DNA of 64,000 bases, taken from NCBI GenBank assembly GCA_019745315.1, contig JAIETH010000001.1, forward strand, positions 90,526 through 154,525, given 5' to 3'. The notes below the pieces were generated by a model that was not told the DNA's origin, ran no database searches, and worked only from the letters and a program-made list of their open reading frames with translations. This stretch comes from Patescibacteria group bacterium (lineage in GTDB: Bacteria > Patescibacteriota > Minisyncoccia > Phycocordibacterales > UBA918). Each line of letters starts with the position of its first letter. Within the stretch, counting starts at the first letter, position 1. Of this stretch, positions 61,263 through 64,000 are shown piece after piece. A program made the position numbers and the translations under genes.

Positions 61263-62672
61263 ATGACTCAAAAATGGAATTTACAAGACATTGTTCCTCC
61301 CGATCGTTCAAAACGTAATGCTGAACGCAGAGAAGGTCAGGCATCACGCCAAGCACCAGCTCGTGAGATGCGTGTAGCGCCTCAGACACCTTTATCACCA
61401 AAAGAGCCGCCGCGTCCAATGCTCGATACTATGCCTCCTGTCGATACTTCTTCTTTTGAAGAGAAGAATTCGTATATGAATGCTGAAAAAACTACAAAAA
61501 AGTTTAACCAAGGAGATGGGGGAGTTATACGAAAGTATATCTATGGAGGACTCGGCCTGGTTGCCATTGGTGCATTAGGTTTCCTGGTAACCATTATTCT
61601 CAATGGTGCAGAGATTACGGTAAAGCCAAAGACGTATGACACAACCGTCCAGGCGTCATTTTCTGCTAAATTAAAACCTGCAACTGGAGAATTGGGGTAT
61701 GAAATACTCACCCTCACTGAAGAAGGTGAGCGACAAGTGGCTGCAAAGGGTACTGAAGATGTAAAGCAGGCTGCGGCAGGTGAGATCACTGTATTTAATT
61801 CCCATAGCGCTTCGTCTCAAAGATTGATCAAGAGCACTCGCTTTGAAGCTGATGGAGGACGTATTTACCGAATCACTGAGGCAATTGATATACCAGGATA
61901 TAAAAAGGCAGCAGATGGAACAATTACTCCAGGTTCGATAAAGGCTCGTGTAGTAGCTGATGGTACAGGAGAGAGCTATAACCTTACTTCAGGAAAGCTC
62001 AGTGTACCGGGACTTAAAGGTAGCGACCAATACACGAACATATATGCAGAAGTAGGAGTTTCTGGGATTGTGGGTGGATTTGAGGGAGCAAAGTTTATTA
62101 TCGAAGAAGCTGAGCTTATGGCTGCAAAAGAGGCGCTTCATGCCGAACTGAAGACAAAGCTTACCAGTCGCTTGAGCGCTGAGCGTCCAAATGGTTTCGT
62201 GGTCTACGAGCCTGCAATTACTTTTTCAACCACATCGCTTCCTCCAGGGGAGGGTGGGTCTCAAGTTGCGATTATAAAAGAACAGGTTTCTCTCGTAGCT
62301 CCGCTTTTTAATGAGACAACGTTCTCATCGTTCATTGCAAAAAATACACTTGCCGGGTATAAAGGAGAGTCTGTTCGACTTGAAGACCCGACGGCCCTCA
62401 CGTTTGCCTACGACGGCGAAGTCCCACAGAATCTTGGTGCCGCTGAAGCAATATCATTCAAACTTTCTGGAGCTATACGAGTTATCTGGAACTTTGATAG
62501 TCAAGCGCTAAAAGAAGAGTTGAAGGGAGCTCCTGAGTCAACCCTTCCTGCAATTTTGGCAAAATATGAGGCTATTGATAAGGCGAAGGCGGTTATACGT
62601 CCAATATGGAAGAATACCTTCCCTAAAGACCCTGAAGATATCGTGATTACAGAGACGCAGGAAATCGAATAA
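61263..62672 (+). CDS. Hypothetical membrane-anchored protein with a large extracytoplasmic domain
   Basis: Basic N-terminus, TM 'GGLGLVAIGALGFLVTIIL'. Confidence 0.5.
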   Translation: MTQKWNLQDIVPPDRSKRNAERREGQASRQAPAREMRVAPQTPLSPKEPPRPMLDTMPPVDTSSFEEKNSYMNAEKTTKKFNQGDGGVIRKYIYGGLGLVAIGALGFLVTIILNGAEITVKPKTYDTTVQASFSAKLKPATGELGYEILTLTEEGERQVAAKGTEDVKQAAAGEITVFNSHSASSQRLIKSTRFEADGGRIYRITEAIDIPGYKKAADGTITPGSIKARVVADGTGESYNLTSGKLSVPGLKGSDQYTNIYAEVGVSGIVGGFEGAKFIIEEAELMAAKEALHAELKTKLTSRLSAERPNGFVVYEPAITFSTTSLPPGEGGSQVAIIKEQVSLVAPLFNETTFSSFIAKNTLAGYKGESVRLEDPTALTFAYDGEVPQNLGAAEAISFKLSGAIRVIWNFDSQALKEELKGAPESTLPAILAKYEAIDKAKAVIRPIWKNTFPKDPEDIVITETQEIE

Positions 62673-62753
62673 TATGCATATTTTACAGGTTTTTATGGCT
62701 TATACAGTCCGTATGTTGACGATCTTTCCTAAGTCTGTTAAACTCAAGCTCGT

Positions 62754-62972
62754 TTGATGGACATTCAGACAGAAGACAACCTCACATATGGTGTTGTGGA
62801 GGAGGCACTGCCTGATGCTCTTTTTCGTGTAGAAACAGACGACGGGAAAAAAGTACTTGCCTATCTTGCGGGAAAAATGCGAAAATTTCGCATACGAGTC
62901 CTTGTAGGAGATAAAGTAGGTCTCGTCATGGATCCATACGGAGGGAAGAGTCGTATCACCAAAAGACTATAA
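62754..62972 (+). CDS. infA: Translation initiation factor IF-1
   Basis: S1-like '[43 protein letters not shown]'. Confidence 0.9.
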   Translation: MMDIQTEDNLTYGVVEEALPDALFRVETDDGKKVLAYLAGKMRKFRIRVLVGDKVGLVMDPYGGKSRITKRL

Positions 62973-63005
62973 GAAAGAGAGGTACGAAAAAATCTATACA
63001 ACAAT

Positions 63006-63122
63006 ATGAAAGTACGATCATCAGTAAAAAAGTTTAGTCCAGACGACATCATTGTTCGTCGTCGTGGTCGTATTTACGTAATCAATAAGAAGAAGCCTCG
63101 TCATAAGCAGCGCCAAGGCTAA
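63006..63122 (+). CDS. rpmJ: 50S ribosomal protein L36, cysteine-free variant
   Basis: 'MKVRSSVKK...[21 protein letters not shown]' matches the L36 frame but has no Cys/His zinc ligands. Below the ORF-track cutoff. Confidence 0.8.
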   Translation: MKVRSSVKKFSPDDIIVRRRGRIYVINKKKPRHKQRQG

Positions 63123-63148
63123 CTATTGCTAAGTCATTTACATAATTT

Positions 63149-63526
63149 ATGCGTATTTCTGGTATCACTATCCCTGACAAGAAACGAATTGAGTTCGGTC
63201 TCACTGCTGTATATGGTGTGGGTCGTCCTCGAGCAGAGGAAATTCTAAAGGGTCTCAATATTCCTCTTGGAACTCGTCCAACAGAATTGACTCCTGAGCA
63301 GGAACAGTTGATACGCGAGAAGGTTGAATCTTTCACCATTGAAGGAGAGTTGCGTCGAGAGACATCTGCGCACATCAAGCGACTCAAAGATATCAAGGCA
63401 TACCGAGGTATGCGCCATGCAAAACGACTTCCTGCTCGTGGTCAGCGCACAAAGACGAATGCGCGCACATTGAAGGGAGTACGTAAGACGATGGGAAGTG
63501 GTCGCCGTAAGGTTGAGAAGACATAA
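63149..63526 (+). CDS. rpsM: 30S ribosomal protein S13
   Basis: 'MRISGITIPDKKRIEFGLTAVYGVG'. Confidence 0.95.
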   Translation: MRISGITIPDKKRIEFGLTAVYGVGRPRAEEILKGLNIPLGTRPTELTPEQEQLIREKVESFTIEGELRRETSAHIKRLKDIKAYRGMRHAKRLPARGQRTKTNARTLKGVRKTMGSGRRKVEKT

Positions 63527-63553
63527 ACAAGCGCTATAACGATTGAAACACCT

Positions 63554-63982
63554 ATGGGTAAGAAACGAATCATAAAAAAGAGCGGAGGAGACCAGTCAGG
63601 ATCATCGACTGCGCTTTCTCGTATTCCAAAGAAAAAAGTAGAGTCTGGTATCTTGAATGTTACTGCGACATTTAATAACACCATCCTCACACTTGCAGAT
63701 TCAAAGGGAAATGCACTTATTAGCGCATCAAGTGGTGCACTTGGTTTCAATGGTTCTCGTAAGAGCACACCATTTGCTGCAGCAAAGGTTGGAGAAGTTA
63801 TTGCTGACAAGGCTCTGCAGATGGGCATGAAAGAGGCTTCAGTTGTTATTAAGGGTGTTGGAGCGGGACGTGAGTCAGCGCTTCGCGCATTTGCTGGTAA
63901 GGGGATCAATGTGGTAAAGATTAGTGATCGGACACCGGTTCCTCACAATGGACCACGTCCACCTAAGGCTCGTCGTGTTTAA
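63554..63982 (+). CDS. rpsK: 30S ribosomal protein S11
   Basis: 'ASSGALGFNGSRKSTPFAA...INVVKISDRTPVPHNGPRPPKARRV'. Confidence 0.95.
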   Translation: MGKKRIIKKSGGDQSGSSTALSRIPKKKVESGILNVTATFNNTILTLADSKGNALISASSGALGFNGSRKSTPFAAAKVGEVIADKALQMGMKEASVVIKGVGAGRESALRAFAGKGINVVKISDRTPVPHNGPRPPKARRV

Positions 63983-64000
63983 TATTTTATAGCGTATGAT

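Overview
This is a low-GC bacterial chromosome segment, gene-dense with almost all genes on the + strand. The gene complement is reduced and streamlined, with short UvrC, AlaRS, ATP-synthase epsilon and delta, a Cys-free L36 and many small unknown membrane proteins. That is reminiscent of Patescibacteria/CPR-like genomes, but taxonomy cannot be fixed from sequence alone.

Recognisable housekeeping content includes gdhA, an AI-2E transporter, CapA, an FKBP isomerase, tgt, and a clustered uvrB-uvrA-(small genes)-uvrC. It also includes ddl, a pterin-4a-carbinolamine dehydratase (PCD), a complete F0F1 ATP synthase operon (atpBEFHAGDC), ychF, leuS, two mltG paralogs, mnmA, an M16 peptidase pair, alaS, rnc, and infA-rpmJ-rpsM-rpsK.

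The accessory content falls into four groups:
1. A tRNA-Ala(TGC) gene is followed about 120 bp later by a 22-nt copy of its own 3' end. That copy lies inside the 3' end of a large serine recombinase gene.
2. The recombinase heads a roughly 5 kb block of unknown genes: two small ORFs (one Zn-finger-like), a coiled-coil membrane protein, a repeat-rich structured non-coding segment, a ClpP/SDH-fold serine protease and two unknowns. This is a putative integrative island.
3. A tandem array of seven GC-rich, highly diverged single-domain receiver (CheY-like REC) cassettes occupies about 22.5-26.8 kb. Each cassette has its own AT-rich extended -10 promoter and hairpin terminator. Several have lost the phospho-acceptor Asp.
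4. At least six further GC-rich single-gene cassettes with GC-rich third-codon positions are scattered through the window, each between native-looking promoters and terminators.

Other oddities are a frameshift at the 5' end of rnc, a duplicated gene-start fragment plus tandem operator-like repeats upstream of a truncated nucleotide-sugar dehydrogenase, an ATP-cone/Mrr-like endonuclease fusion, and a Cas4-like nuclease-Ogt-HD operon.
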